Of a stretch of 54,164 nucleotides of DNA, positions 33,474 to 43,231 are shown one piece after another (position 1 is the stretch's first letter; every line of letters begins with the position of its first letter). The notes below the pieces were generated by a model that was given only the letters and a program-made list of their open reading frames with translations, searched no databases and had not been told where the DNA came from. The position numbers were made by a program, and so were the translations under genes. Source of the stretch: a virus (lineage: Duplodnaviria > Caudoviricetes); IMG/VR virus record IMGVR_UViG_3300032954_000018, positions 1-54,164 of that record. One strand, given 5' to 3'.

Positions 33474-35423
33474 GTGAATATAAATGCGATAGACGATTGG
33501 GATAAAATCTCGGATTGGGATTTATACAAAGCGTTAGACGATAATAGAGAACTTTGGAAGACCTTACAAGAAGAAGAATGTCTAAAAGGTCACTTTCTCT
33601 ATGATGTAGTCCGAGATCGAACTATCCGCAGTCTCTACTTCCTGAATCTTTTCCTCTGGGATGCCAATCCCTTTGGTGGTCCGGATACTCCTATATCAGA
33701 GAACCTGATGACCTTGGAGAATCACCAGCATATCATCGATATGTTCGTGAAGAAGGACCCTACTAAGTCTGTAGCCAATCAGTCAAAGATTAAAACAAGA
33801 TTGATTTTATACCCTCGTGGTAGCCTAAAGTCTTCTTGGGGTATCTTCGATGTGATACAATGGGTGCTTTTAGACCCTAAGATTCGTATCTTGGTGCTCA
33901 GCGCGGCAGATGACCTTGCCGCTGCTATCGTGGATGAAGCTCGTGGTTTCTTTATTATAAAAGAAGAAACTCCCACGTTGATGAACCTTTTCTGGCCGGA
34001 ACACTGCCTTCAAGAGAAGGATTTAGGCCCCTCAGGTAGTTATAACTCTCCCGCATGGGCGAGAATGCAGATTAAACGCAGGGAAACTACCATCATGTCG
34101 AGGGGGTTAACCTCGGCAGTAAGCGGATTCCACTTTGAAGTATTCCATGCAGACGACGCAGTTGAAACACGTAACTCCGGAACTGATGAAATTTGTCTTG
34201 GAGTTAAGAAGCGTTATGGAATCACACGCAAGATTCTTCGCACCTTCGGTTACACGAACCTACTCGGAACGCGATATCATGAAGCTGATCTCTATGGGGA
34301 CATTATATCCAAGTCAGAACTTGGAGAAGCCCACACCGAAGAGTTCTCAATAAGCGAAAAGAAGATTTCAAACCCCGGCAAGGGTGTTGAGATTCTTATC
34401 GGCGCGGCAATGACGATAAAGCCTGATGCCGAAATGGACATGGCAAACCACAATCTTGCTAAGCATCTGTGGTTTAGGAAAGCAGGGCCTAACGGCGTAC
34501 ATCTGCTCATGCCAAAAGTCCTTACATACGATACCTTACTGGTTAACTATGAGGACGATCCTGAGGCTTTCGAGACGCAGATGCGTCAGAATGTAACTCC
34601 TCCTACCGCTCAGATGTTTACTAGGGAGATGATCCTGAAAAACACCGTGAACTGGATGGACCTTCCACTTTACGGAAGAATCACCCATACATGGGACCTA
34701 AACGGCGGTAAAGGAAAAAGAGATAATGATATGTCCGTTGGTACGGCATGTCTATGGGATGCTAAGGGAACAGGGTACATTATAGACCTTATAGCCCAGA
34801 ACTTCCCCAATCCAGTTTCCACAGCACAAGCTATTGTAAGATTTGCAGTAAAACATCATCCAGACGTAATAAGCATCGAAGATTCATTAGGTGTAAGAAG
34901 CCTCTCCCCCACTATCGAAGCAGAAGCCGACAAAACTGATGATGCGTATGTCAAGCAACTCGTCCGAAGAATTTACTGGAGACCTGTTGATGTATCCAAG
35001 GATGCAAAGAAAAACAGAATCTCCGCGCTTTACCCATTGGTCCTTTACGGAAGAATTAAGTTTACGAGTACTCTCCCAGAAAGAGAAAAGCTCATCGAAC
35101 AGTTCATCCGACCAGTAACTAAAAGCTCAAAAAACGACATACCAGATTGTATTAGTTTCCAGACTTTCTTTCTTCCAGTTCCACCGGCCAATCCGGAGGA
35201 GCTTAAAAAGATGGAAGCCGAACGAAAAAATATGATCGAATATCAACGGGGCCGGTCCCAATGGGACATGATTTTCAACGAAAGTTGGCAGAACCCGTAC
35301 AGGGAGTACATACCAGAAGAACGGTATGAGATTCCAATAGACGAATCCTCGTTCTTAGATCAACGTCCTTACATAGATAATGAAGGATTGGATAACATTC
35401 TAGGAGCAGGCTTAATAGGATAA
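33474..35423 (+). CDS. terL: Terminase large subunit
   Basis: Walker A variant LYPRGSLKSS, Walker B VFHADD, GTRYH..D coupling motif, RNase H-like WD...D.S and NDIPD. Confidence 0.92.
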   Translation: MNINAIDDWDKISDWDLYKALDDNRELWKTLQEEECLKGHFLYDVVRDRTIRSLYFLNLFLWDANPFGGPDTPISENLMTLENHQHIIDMFVKKDPTKSVANQSKIKTRLILYPRGSLKSSWGIFDVIQWVLLDPKIRILVLSAADDLAAAIVDEARGFFIIKEETPTLMNLFWPEHCLQEKDLGPSGSYNSPAWARMQIKRRETTIMSRGLTSAVSGFHFEVFHADDAVETRNSGTDEICLGVKKRYGITRKILRTFGYTNLLGTRYHEADLYGDIISKSELGEAHTEEFSISEKKISNPGKGVEILIGAAMTIKPDAEMDMANHNLAKHLWFRKAGPNGVHLLMPKVLTYDTLLVNYEDDPEAFETQMRQNVTPPTAQMFTREMILKNTVNWMDLPLYGRITHTWDLNGGKGKRDNDMSVGTACLWDAKGTGYIIDLIAQNFPNPVSTAQAIVRFAVKHHPDVISIEDSLGVRSLSPTIEAEADKTDDAYVKQLVRRIYWRPVDVSKDAKKNRISALYPLVLYGRIKFTSTLPEREKLIEQFIRPVTKSSKNDIPDCISFQTFFLPVPPANPEELKKMEAERKNMIEYQRGRSQWDMIFNESWQNPYREYIPEERYEIPIDESSFLDQRPYIDNEGLDNILGAGLIG

Positions 35424-35440
35424 TCAGACTGAGGTTGATT

Positions 35441-36157
35441 ATGGCAGAAACAGATATCGCAATAGGCCTTCCGTTTGGCGGAAGATTGATTCATCCCCGA
35501 TGGGCCGCAGGCTTCTATATAATGGATTTCCCCCTCCACACTAAAAAATCTTTGATTATGGTGGAGAAAAGGCCTATAGATCAGGCTCGTAACGCTATCG
35601 TACAAACAGCCTTAGAACAGAACGCTAAGTACCTGTTCTTTCTTGATGATGATGTTATCTGCCCCAAGTATACCCCTCTAGCTCTAGGAAGTATTTTAGA
35701 GACCATGAAAGATGATGGGGTAATGCTAGCTACCGGGATATATTGCACCAAGAATAAAGCCGCTGCTCCTGTAATTTTTAGGCACGGCTTTCCGGGAAGT
35801 TATCTTGATTGGACCGTTAATCAAGAGTTCGAAGTAGACCAATGTGGTGCGGGTTGTTTGATGATTAACATGGAAGTGTTTAAACATCTAACTCCACCGT
35901 ATTTCAAGTTTACCCAGAAGTACGAACAGCTAGAAGGCGATATCCTCCTTACCGGAGTCAGTGAAGATGTATATTTCTGCGACTCTGTAAAGAAGGCGGG
36001 ATTTAAAATATACGCACACGGTGCCGTTCTTTGTAAGCATTACAGCAACGAAGACGATAAGTTTTATGAACTGTCCGAAGATAGTCCTCCCTATAAGCGA
36101 GAACTTCAACGACAGCAAGAAGAAGTTGAAAGACAAAAAGAGAAACAAGAGGTTTAA
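35441..36157 (+). CDS. Glycosyltransferase family 2 (GT-A)
   Basis: ARN, LFFLDDD, GAGCLMI, SED.YFC motifs. Confidence 0.85.
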   Translation: MAETDIAIGLPFGGRLIHPRWAAGFYIMDFPLHTKKSLIMVEKRPIDQARNAIVQTALEQNAKYLFFLDDDVICPKYTPLALGSILETMKDDGVMLATGIYCTKNKAAAPVIFRHGFPGSYLDWTVNQEFEVDQCGAGCLMINMEVFKHLTPPYFKFTQKYEQLEGDILLTGVSEDVYFCDSVKKAGFKIYAHGAVLCKHYSNEDDKFYELSEDSPPYKRELQRQQEEVERQKEKQEV

Positions 36158-36158
36158 A

Positions 36159-36467
36159 ATGGGCGATATCGTAAAAGCTCCAGAAAATATGCTTCACCCC
36201 CGCGACTATGTTGCTCCCAGCATGGATAACGCTCAGACTGAGGGCGCAGGCAAAGGAACCATCCTTAAGCAGGGTGACGGTCAGATTTTTAATAACGAAT
36301 CGCAGGGTACTGGCATTGCCGGTCCTGCTGTTTGGGGTGGGCCTTCGGGCATGTCCGGCTCCACGTCTAGCGCAGAGGCAGGCTCGAAGCAGGCCAATAG
36401 TCAGTCAGTCGATCTTAACACCGGCCAGAATTCTTGCTGGGACGGTGGTCGTCCCTATAAGGGCTAA
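36159..36467 (+). CDS. Gly/Ser-rich hypothetical protein
   Basis: GAGG SD before ATG 36159. Confidence 0.65.
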   Translation: MGDIVKAPENMLHPRDYVAPSMDNAQTEGAGKGTILKQGDGQIFNNESQGTGIAGPAVWGGPSGMSGSTSSAEAGSKQANSQSVDLNTGQNSCWDGGRPYKG

Positions 36468-36474
36468 GTTTTAA

Positions 36475-36552
36475 AGCTGGGTAGAGTAGTCCGGTCCAAC
36501 TCGCCGTCCTCATAAGTCGGAGACATGGGTTCAAATCCCATCCAAGCAACCA
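36475..36552 (+). tRNA. tRNA-CAT, degenerate initiator-like
   Basis: AGCTGGG...GAGT/ACTC D-arm, CCGTC-CTCATAA-GTCGG, ATGGG-TTCAAAT-CCCAT, CCAAGCA-A-CCA; mismatches at 1:72, 5:68 and in the anticodon stem. Confidence 0.8.
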
Positions 36553-36559
36553 ATTAAAA

Positions 36560-38668
36560 ATGGCACAAATCGAAAATCCGGGGAATGATAACACTCCGAT
36601 CTTAACACCGGAAGTTATCAACCAGATTCTACACACTGGTAAGTGGGCCGAAGACCCTGCACTAACATTAGTGGTCAGGGACGCGCAGATGGCCGAAACC
36701 GCGAAAGCGGCGAAGCAATGGATTGCGGGATGGAATTCCGCGTCTATCGTTTACCAGAGTACCACGGTTCCTAAATATTGGGAAGGAACACAGGTAGAGA
36801 GGGCTAATATCCCTTTCTATACGGTTGCCAAAGCGGTAAACTCTCTCACGCCGCAAATCATCAATGGATTGTTTTATGATGACCCCCCGTTTATTTTCCA
36901 ACCTCGTCCGGGTACTAGACAGAATACTGTTGAAGCTATATCCAATATTATTGAATATCAACTCCATGATATAAATTTCAAGGAAGAAGTAAGGCGAGGA
37001 GTACTCAATGCCTGTCTGTTTGGAACTAATATATGGAAATGGGGTTGGGACAGTTACACCCGCAAAGAAACCTACTATACTCGTAAGGACGAAAAAACCG
37101 TTCTTCCCTCAGGTGTTCCCGGTCAGCCGGATATAGAATACCACAATCCCGATAGTCCTCTTGAAGAGAAGACTGATGAGTATAAAGTAGAACGTCCAAG
37201 ATTTGAGAACATCACTAGCATCAAGGATGTTCTCATTGATCCAACTCTTCGCACTCCCGATATCCGCGAAGCAAAGTATGTCATCCATCGGATGTACATG
37301 ACTTTTAACGATCTAGAAAAACTACGAGATCGTCCCGGATATGATATCCCTAGTCGCGATGAGGTAATGAGTTGGTTCATGCCCCCAGCGGAAGAGGCTA
37401 TTCCGGCTCTTGATGAACAAACAGGAATTAACGCTGTCTGGGATATGCGGTCAAACCCCCGCTGGATGGTAGCGACGGAAGACCCTTTCGAACGTCCTCT
37501 AGAAATTCTAGAGCGTTGGGATAAAGACAAGATCATAATTGTTGTACAACAGAAGAAAGTTATCTGTAATGGAAAAAATCCTTACGGCGAAATTCCTTTC
37601 TTCTCTATCAACTGGTGGGACGTTCCCGGAGCCTTCTACGGGCTGGGACTGGCAAGAACCATCGGATCAGAGCAGAGGCTTCAGCAAGGCATTGTCAACA
37701 CTTGGCTAGACTCTACTGCTCTAGCTCTGGCCGGTGTTTATCTCCGGAAGCGTACTAAAAGCATTCCCACACAAAGCCTGCGAATCCATCCCGGTAGAGT
37801 GCTCGAAGTCGATGAAGTTACCGATATTCAGCCACTAGAGCGCACCCCTGCGGTACCAGAAGCCGGTCAACATATAGCCTTATCACAGGCTAGAGTTGAG
37901 CAAAATTCAGGCGCAGGAGAGATTACGACGCAAGGTATAGCGGGGTCCACAGGACACTCCAATCTTGCTCGTACTGCTACCGGAGCTAGTGCTATTACCT
38001 CCGGACAAGGCATACAGATATCAGAATTCATCGATAAGTTTTCTACTCAGGTATTCATACCTTTCCTTTACCGAGTAGATGAAATGAATCGAAGACTACT
38101 TCCCGCACACACGGTCCAGCAAATTCTTAACGAAGAACTTCAGAATCAGTACTTTTCAACTGGTGGTAGTATAGAAGAACTTCGTAATGCTAGAGTTAGC
38201 TTCGACGTTCAAGCCGGTGCAAAACTTTCCGAACGCAGAGCAATGGCGCAAAGCTTGCCTCTGTTGAGTCAATACCTTCAAAATCAGTTCATCTTACAGG
38301 GTATTGCCGCAGAAGGAAAGAAAGTACAGACCACTCAAGTACTCAAGATGATATTCGCTTCCTCTGGATGGAAGACATTCTACGATGTTATCGTGGATCA
38401 GACTCCGGAAGAGAAGCAGCAGTACCAAGCCAATCAGCCCGCCTCGCTTCAGCAAGCTAAAATGCAGAACGACAACGCGCAGATGGAAGCCAAGTTCCGG
38501 CATCAACAGGAACTTGCCGAACAGAATAACATGGCTCGTGCTGCAAATGAAGTGCTCAGACGTTCGCTTGAGCAGACCGCAACCCCTGAAGCCCTAACCG
38601 GAGCACCCGGAGCAGGCGGGGAGGGTTTCGGCAGCGAAGCAGGACTTGAACCCGGATCAGAATTCTAA
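36560..38668 (+). CDS. Portal protein
   Basis: 702 aa after terL; FG..I.K.GW, D..IDP, YV.HR, PG.FYG.G, RTATG motifs; Gln-rich tail. Confidence 0.88.
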   Translation: MAQIENPGNDNTPILTPEVINQILHTGKWAEDPALTLVVRDAQMAETAKAAKQWIAGWNSASIVYQSTTVPKYWEGTQVERANIPFYTVAKAVNSLTPQIINGLFYDDPPFIFQPRPGTRQNTVEAISNIIEYQLHDINFKEEVRRGVLNACLFGTNIWKWGWDSYTRKETYYTRKDEKTVLPSGVPGQPDIEYHNPDSPLEEKTDEYKVERPRFENITSIKDVLIDPTLRTPDIREAKYVIHRMYMTFNDLEKLRDRPGYDIPSRDEVMSWFMPPAEEAIPALDEQTGINAVWDMRSNPRWMVATEDPFERPLEILERWDKDKIIIVVQQKKVICNGKNPYGEIPFFSINWWDVPGAFYGLGLARTIGSEQRLQQGIVNTWLDSTALALAGVYLRKRTKSIPTQSLRIHPGRVLEVDEVTDIQPLERTPAVPEAGQHIALSQARVEQNSGAGEITTQGIAGSTGHSNLARTATGASAITSGQGIQISEFIDKFSTQVFIPFLYRVDEMNRRLLPAHTVQQILNEELQNQYFSTGGSIEELRNARVSFDVQAGAKLSERRAMAQSLPLLSQYLQNQFILQGIAAEGKKVQTTQVLKMIFASSGWKTFYDVIVDQTPEEKQQYQANQPASLQQAKMQNDNAQMEAKFRHQQELAEQNNMARAANEVLRRSLEQTATPEALTGAPGAGGEGFGSEAGLEPGSEF

Positions 38669-39012
38669 TGGATACCAAAGATTATTCTCCCGAGCAACTA
38701 GCTCAAATCATTGAAACTGCTCAGGATGACGTAAGAAAAGCAACTGCACTAAAGATCACGATTTCTACAGAAGGATGGGGCATTCTGCTTAGTACTTTCG
38801 AGGAGATGAAAGAAAATCAACTCAACGAACTTCGTAAGCAGTCACCGGGAGATGAGAAAGCTATCCTAGCCGCACATGCTGTTTGGGCTGCTACAGAGCA
38901 TACCATCGATCAAATTCTTTCTGCAATCAACACTACGATACGGCAGGGAGCGGAATCGGAAGCCTTTTTAAGCGCAGACGTACACGACTTGCCACAAGAA
39001 GACTGGTCCTAG
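38668..39012 (+). CDS. Portal-adjacent helical hypothetical protein
   Basis: TAATG coupling; T..GW..L pattern. Confidence 0.7.
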   Translation: MDTKDYSPEQLAQIIETAQDDVRKATALKITISTEGWGILLSTFEEMKENQLNELRKQSPGDEKAILAAHAVWAATEHTIDQILSAINTTIRQGAESEAFLSADVHDLPQEDWS

Positions 39013-39034
39013 GATTTAGGACAGTAGAGGACAA

Positions 39035-40219
39035 ATGCCAGCCGAAGAGAATGATCTCTATAAAGAGTGGGCTAGTGGAGTTTCACTAGCTAACCGTAAC
39101 GAATATTTTGAAGAAATTCCGATGGAAGTAAACAAGCCAGCGGAGTTTGAAGTAAAGCCAGAACAGATTCCGTCCGGACCACCACAAGCAAATCCTGACG
39201 TACCATCACAAGTAGTTCCTGCACCAGACCCAATTCCAGAACCGGAAAAGAATATAGAGGTTAGGCAGGGCAAGCATGGTGGAACTATCACTCTAGAAAA
39301 GACTAGCAGGGGATGGAGAGCGATTCTGGAAAGTGGCGAAAAGAACACCCCGGCAGAAAATTTCTACGGGGCAAATAAAGATGATCTCATCTTCCAAGTT
39401 CTAGACGGAAAGCTAGAAGCCACTAGAGCAATACATAGACTTAAGAAAGAAAAGCTTTTAGGTGGAGAGGAAAGAACTCAACTACCCTCTGCTCCTTCTA
39501 TTCAGCCTACCCCAATCCCTGCTTCTACTCTAACAGCAGACGATGTGGTAGAAATTAGAACTAAACTTCAGGACAACCCCGCTGAAGGTATTGAAACGTT
39601 CCTTAAGAAACGATTCGGACTCGATCCTGATAAGTTCGCCGCAGCCTTAAACGCAGCAGAGGAAGCCAAATCTATCCTTGCTGCTCAGACAGCCAAGGCG
39701 GATATAGAAGATGTAAATAGAGAATTCAATCGGGAGAATGTTGATTGGTCGTCAGACTATTCAATGAATCCCGAGAATGTTCGAAAGCTTATCGCACGTA
39801 TGGCGAAGGCTCATTTGAACAAAAAAGTTTCCCCCAATTCCCCGCAAGCAGTAATTGATAACACTATATACGATTTGTATACTAGGGGACTTTGGACAGT
39901 AGAAAATCTTGAGACAGCTAAAGACGAGTTGATCGATGGCGGATTGCTAGAGAAAACAACCCCGGTTAGCCCAGTTCCCACTCCGCAACCCGAACAAGTG
40001 GCCCCGCTTCCTGCGAGTGGCCCATCCGTGACAGAAGCCCCGCGTATTGCGACTCAGAGCGGACAGCCAGTGGGCTTAGGTCTGCCAGCTAGGACTTCAA
40101 CTCCTGCTGTGATACCAGACGAAAAGCCACTGTCAGACGTAGACCTTGAAAAACTTTCCATGAGCGATCTCAGGCGAGTTGCTGCTGCACAGCTTCAGGC
40201 AATGAAGAATCAGCGGTAA
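39035..40219 (+). CDS. Putative capsid scaffolding protein
   Basis: Acidic Pro-rich protein directly before the capsid gene; function inferred from position. Confidence 0.6.
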   Translation: MPAEENDLYKEWASGVSLANRNEYFEEIPMEVNKPAEFEVKPEQIPSGPPQANPDVPSQVVPAPDPIPEPEKNIEVRQGKHGGTITLEKTSRGWRAILESGEKNTPAENFYGANKDDLIFQVLDGKLEATRAIHRLKKEKLLGGEERTQLPSAPSIQPTPIPASTLTADDVVEIRTKLQDNPAEGIETFLKKRFGLDPDKFAAALNAAEEAKSILAAQTAKADIEDVNREFNRENVDWSSDYSMNPENVRKLIARMAKAHLNKKVSPNSPQAVIDNTIYDLYTRGLWTVENLETAKDELIDGGLLEKTTPVSPVPTPQPEQVAPLPASGPSVTEAPRIATQSGQPVGLGLPARTSTPAVIPDEKPLSDVDLEKLSMSDLRRVAAAQLQAMKNQR

Positions 40220-40251
40220 GGTCGGCAAAACGTTTTGAAGGCACATAACAA

Positions 40252-41996
40252 ATGGCCTATTCACCAGCAGTAAACACGGTTGCATCTGGCAACTTCCCTA
40301 ACGCTTTGGCGATTTATTACGAGCGGAAGGCGATTCCTAACCTTAAGGCTTCGACTCCTTTCCTCGGTTGCACAAAGCAGTGGCCGCTTCCCATGCACAG
40401 CGGTAACACCATTCAGTTCTTCTCCTACAACCTGCTTGGGGCTAACACCCAGCAGTCCACCGAAGGTTTCGTCGGTTCGCCGGTTCCTGAGTCCGCAGTT
40501 AAGATTCAGGCGGTTATTGGTCAGTAAACAAAAGCTGCTGACCTAAACAAAAATTCGGCTAAATCGGTTAAAATCTGAAATAGTTATGGTATAATGTCTA
40601 TATAGGAGATTATACATGACTCAGACAATCCCGAGGAAAGACCCCTTACTTATACCCACCGAAACAGATTGGGCTTATATAGCAGCAATAATGGATGGAG
40701 AAGGAAGCTTCTCCATAACCAAAGCTACTATAAAAGATAGAAAAGGAAATCCTTACAACGCATTTGATTGCAAAGTGATGGTTTCTAATACTTCTAAAAC
40801 CCTAATTGATTGGATTTACGAACGTTTCGGCGGTACCTCAAGACTAACCATCAAACACATTAGTAAGAAAGCAAAAGCTAACGGACAGGTTTCACAAAAA
40901 CCTTGTTACAGATGGACAGTTGAGGGATACGAAAATCAAGTAGATTTTATACTTCGAATTCTTCCGTATCTAGTAATTAAGTTAGAGCAAGCTAAAATCG
41001 CCTTGGAATTTGCCAGCATGAAAGGCAAATCAAATCCAAGTAAAAGGCTTGAACTTCATTATAAAATGAAGGCTCTGAACAAAGGGGAATCCGTAACGAC
41101 TAATACGCCGAACGCATTCGAGAGCGATCTGAATGTAAAGATAGAGTCTGACCTTACTGGTGACAGTAAGAGTGGTCCGGGGGTGATCCCGGAAGAGATT
41201 ATAGAATGCGGGAACGCAATAGCTAAAAATCTCCTAGCCTCACTTAAGAAAGCAATTGAGCTAGCCCAAAACAATAAGTGACGCTGACTACACGAACTCG
41301 TCTGATCTTCTGATGGATACCGCGCTCGATGACAAGGGTCTGCTTTCGAGTCTTGCGGAGGAAATGAACTATCGTCTTGCGCTGACCCTTAACACCTTGG
41401 TTTCGACTGCGGCTGATTCCACGACTGGTATTGACAGTACCGTTCTGCAACAGCTTGCTCCCGGTACCTATCTGACTGCCGCGAACCTTCGTACTATCGC
41501 GCAACAGCTTTCCAGCATCAATGCCCGTTTCTTCGAAGCGGACACCTATGCCGGTGTGATTAACCCTCTGGTTACGCACGATATCTACAATGATGCCAGC
41601 GTTAACGGTATCACCGATATCATGAAGCGTAGTCCTGATATGGCTAAGAAGTTGTTCTCCGCGATTGACCGCGATGCTCCTTTAGAGTTTGCGGGTATCA
41701 AGTTCAAGGAAACCACGACTGCTGCTCCCACCACGATCTCGGGTAACCTGTACTACCCCACCTACATCTTTGCCGATGATGCTTTGCTGAGCATCTTCCT
41801 TGGTCCTAACCCCTCGGGCGGGAACAAGAAGAACTACTCACTCAACATCCAGATGGCTCCTGAAGGTGGTTCGGTGTCTGACCCGGCTCGTATGATCGGT
41901 GGCTGGATTTCGTATAACGTCAAATTTACCATAACCCCGCCTCCCGGTACGGTTATGCGTTTACGCAAAATACTCTCAATGACGAGTTCCAGCTAA
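40252..41996 (+). CDS. Major capsid protein, spliced join(40252..40525,41281..41996), 329 aa, N4-gp56-like
   Basis: Splicing restores ...VIGQ-Y-ADYTNSSD...; exon 1 has LP..SG.TI.F and EG..G motifs; 990 nt in frame. Confidence 0.88.
40526..41280 (+). mobile_element. Group I intron
   Basis: P1 GGTCAGT/GCTGACC with U.G at splice site; P3 TTCGGC 40554/GCCGAA 41107; GTAACGACTA and AAGATAGAGTCTGA core; P9 GNRA loop; terminal G. Confidence 0.92.
40587..40608 (+). promoter_or_regulatory. Intron-internal extended -10 promoter and SD for the endonuclease
   Basis: TGgTATAAT 40587-40595; AGGAG 40604-40608. Confidence 0.7.
40616..41281 (+). CDS. Intron-encoded LAGLIDADG homing endonuclease
   Basis: WAYIAAIMDGEGSF; SNT...LI.W....FGG; ILPYLVIK..QA. 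Confidence 0.9.
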   Translation: MTQTIPRKDPLLIPTETDWAYIAAIMDGEGSFSITKATIKDRKGNPYNAFDCKVMVSNTSKTLIDWIYERFGGTSRLTIKHISKKAKANGQVSQKPCYRWTVEGYENQVDFILRILPYLVIKLEQAKIALEFASMKGKSNPSKRLELHYKMKALNKGESVTTNTPNAFESDLNVKIESDLTGDSKSGPGVIPEEIIECGNAIAKNLLASLKKAIELAQNNK

Positions 41997-41998
41997 AA

Positions 41999-42529
41999 TT
42001 GTATAGCATCTATTTGGTTACCAACACAATAAATGGAAAGAAATATGTGGGACAGACCAAGCGCAAGGTTTCCGAACGCTGGTCTTCCCACAAACATGAT
42101 TCTAAAAAAGTTGATAATTATTTTTATAGAGCTATACGAAAATATGGGATTCAAAACTTTGAACTTGTGATCTTAGAAACTTGGGATTCACTTGACGAAG
42201 CCAACGAAGCCGAAAGATGGTGGATAAAGATTCTTGATACCACCAATAGAGACTTCGGTTATAACGGTCTCCTAGGCGGTGCTTTTCAACCTACAGTAGA
42301 AACTGGACGGAAGATAAGCGAAGCCAAGAAAAAATCTTTTCAGAATAATCCACAGCTAAGAGAAAATATCCGTCAGTCAAAACTTGGGAAGAAGCTTTCG
42401 CAAGAACACGCGGATAAGGTTAAGAAAAACTTAACTAGAGGATGGTGGACTGGAAAGAAACATACCGATGAACAAAAGGCACATTTAAGTTTAGTGATGA
42501 AAGAGATTCGATCAAAAGGAATAAATTAA
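41999..42529 (+). CDS. Free-standing GIY-YIG endonuclease with NUMOD3 repeats
   Basis: SIYLVTNTINGKKYVGQT, R, E, GYN; GKK.S.E and GKKHTDE. Confidence 0.9.
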   Translation: MYSIYLVTNTINGKKYVGQTKRKVSERWSSHKHDSKKVDNYFYRAIRKYGIQNFELVILETWDSLDEANEAERWWIKILDTTNRDFGYNGLLGGAFQPTVETGRKISEAKKKSFQNNPQLRENIRQSKLGKKLSQEHADKVKKNLTRGWWTGKKHTDEQKAHLSLVMKEIRSKGIN

Positions 42530-42648
42530 TGGCTGACGAAAAAACTCAAGCTCCTCCGGTTGCACCCGCTCCTGAAAAGTCTCTCGAAGATAGGTTTAAC
42601 GATCTTTTGAAGCACTTGGCCGACCACGGCATTCACTTTAAGGGCTAG
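42529..42648 (+). CDS. Micro-protein, 39 aa
   Basis: Hand translation MADEKTQAPPVAPAPEKSLEDRFNDLLKHLADHGIHFKG; AAGGA SD. Confidence 0.6.
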   Translation: MADEKTQAPPVAPAPEKSLEDRFNDLLKHLADHGIHFKG

Positions 42649-42649
42649 T

Positions 42650-42798
42650 AGGTTTTGAAGTAGAATTCCGAAAAGTGGACCCTTGGCCGGGAAAACTCGT
42701 AGGATTATGTGGATTCGCTAAATTAAATGAGGAAATACTAATACACATCGTTGCGGTATTTTTTCACTAACGATGCGGGCCAAATCTACTTAAGACCT
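42650..42798 (+). ncRNA. Candidate structured RNA
   Basis: Closing stem AGGTTTT(G)AAGTAGA/TCTACTTAAGACCT; inner TTGGCC/GGCCAA and ATCGTT/AACGAT. Confidence 0.4.
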
Positions 42799-42842
42799 TC
42801 TACAGAAATACATCCCCCTACTAGCAATTTTTTGAGGTAACC

Positions 42843-43229
42843 ATGTCCGTTACAGCAGGCTTAAAAGGAACAATCACACTTACCGATAACTTGACTGGGA
42901 GTACAAGTCTCTCTAAGCCAGTAAATAACTATTACACTGGGGACTTGTCGGTGTTTGCGCAGGCAGTAATCGTAGGTACTACTCCTTATGTAGTTTCCCT
43001 ACCAAACAATCTCGCGCAATTCATGTATGTGAAAAATCTTTCTTCTAACACAGGAACTACGTTAACCGTAACGTGGACTCCAAACACGGGTAGCGCGGCA
43101 ACCATTTTGACGCTAGACCCCGGAGCGATGATTCTCTTTGCGGAGAACACTACCGCCTATGGAATATCCGGACTGAGTTTGATATCTAATCAGCAAGGAA
43201 CTCCTACTGAATTTATCCTAGCTGGTTAA
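42843..43229 (+). CDS. Putative small virion protein
   Basis: GAGG SD; Thr-rich beta composition. Confidence 0.7.
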   Translation: MSVTAGLKGTITLTDNLTGSTSLSKPVNNYYTGDLSVFAQAVIVGTTPYVVSLPNNLAQFMYVKNLSSNTGTTLTVTWTPNTGSAATILTLDPGAMILFAENTTAYGISGLSLISNQQGTPTEFILAG

Positions 43230-43231
43230 TA

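Noticed and set aside
40252-40527. Separate 91-aa gene plus a 227-aa gene at 41313
   Set aside because: Both are exons of one intron-split capsid gene
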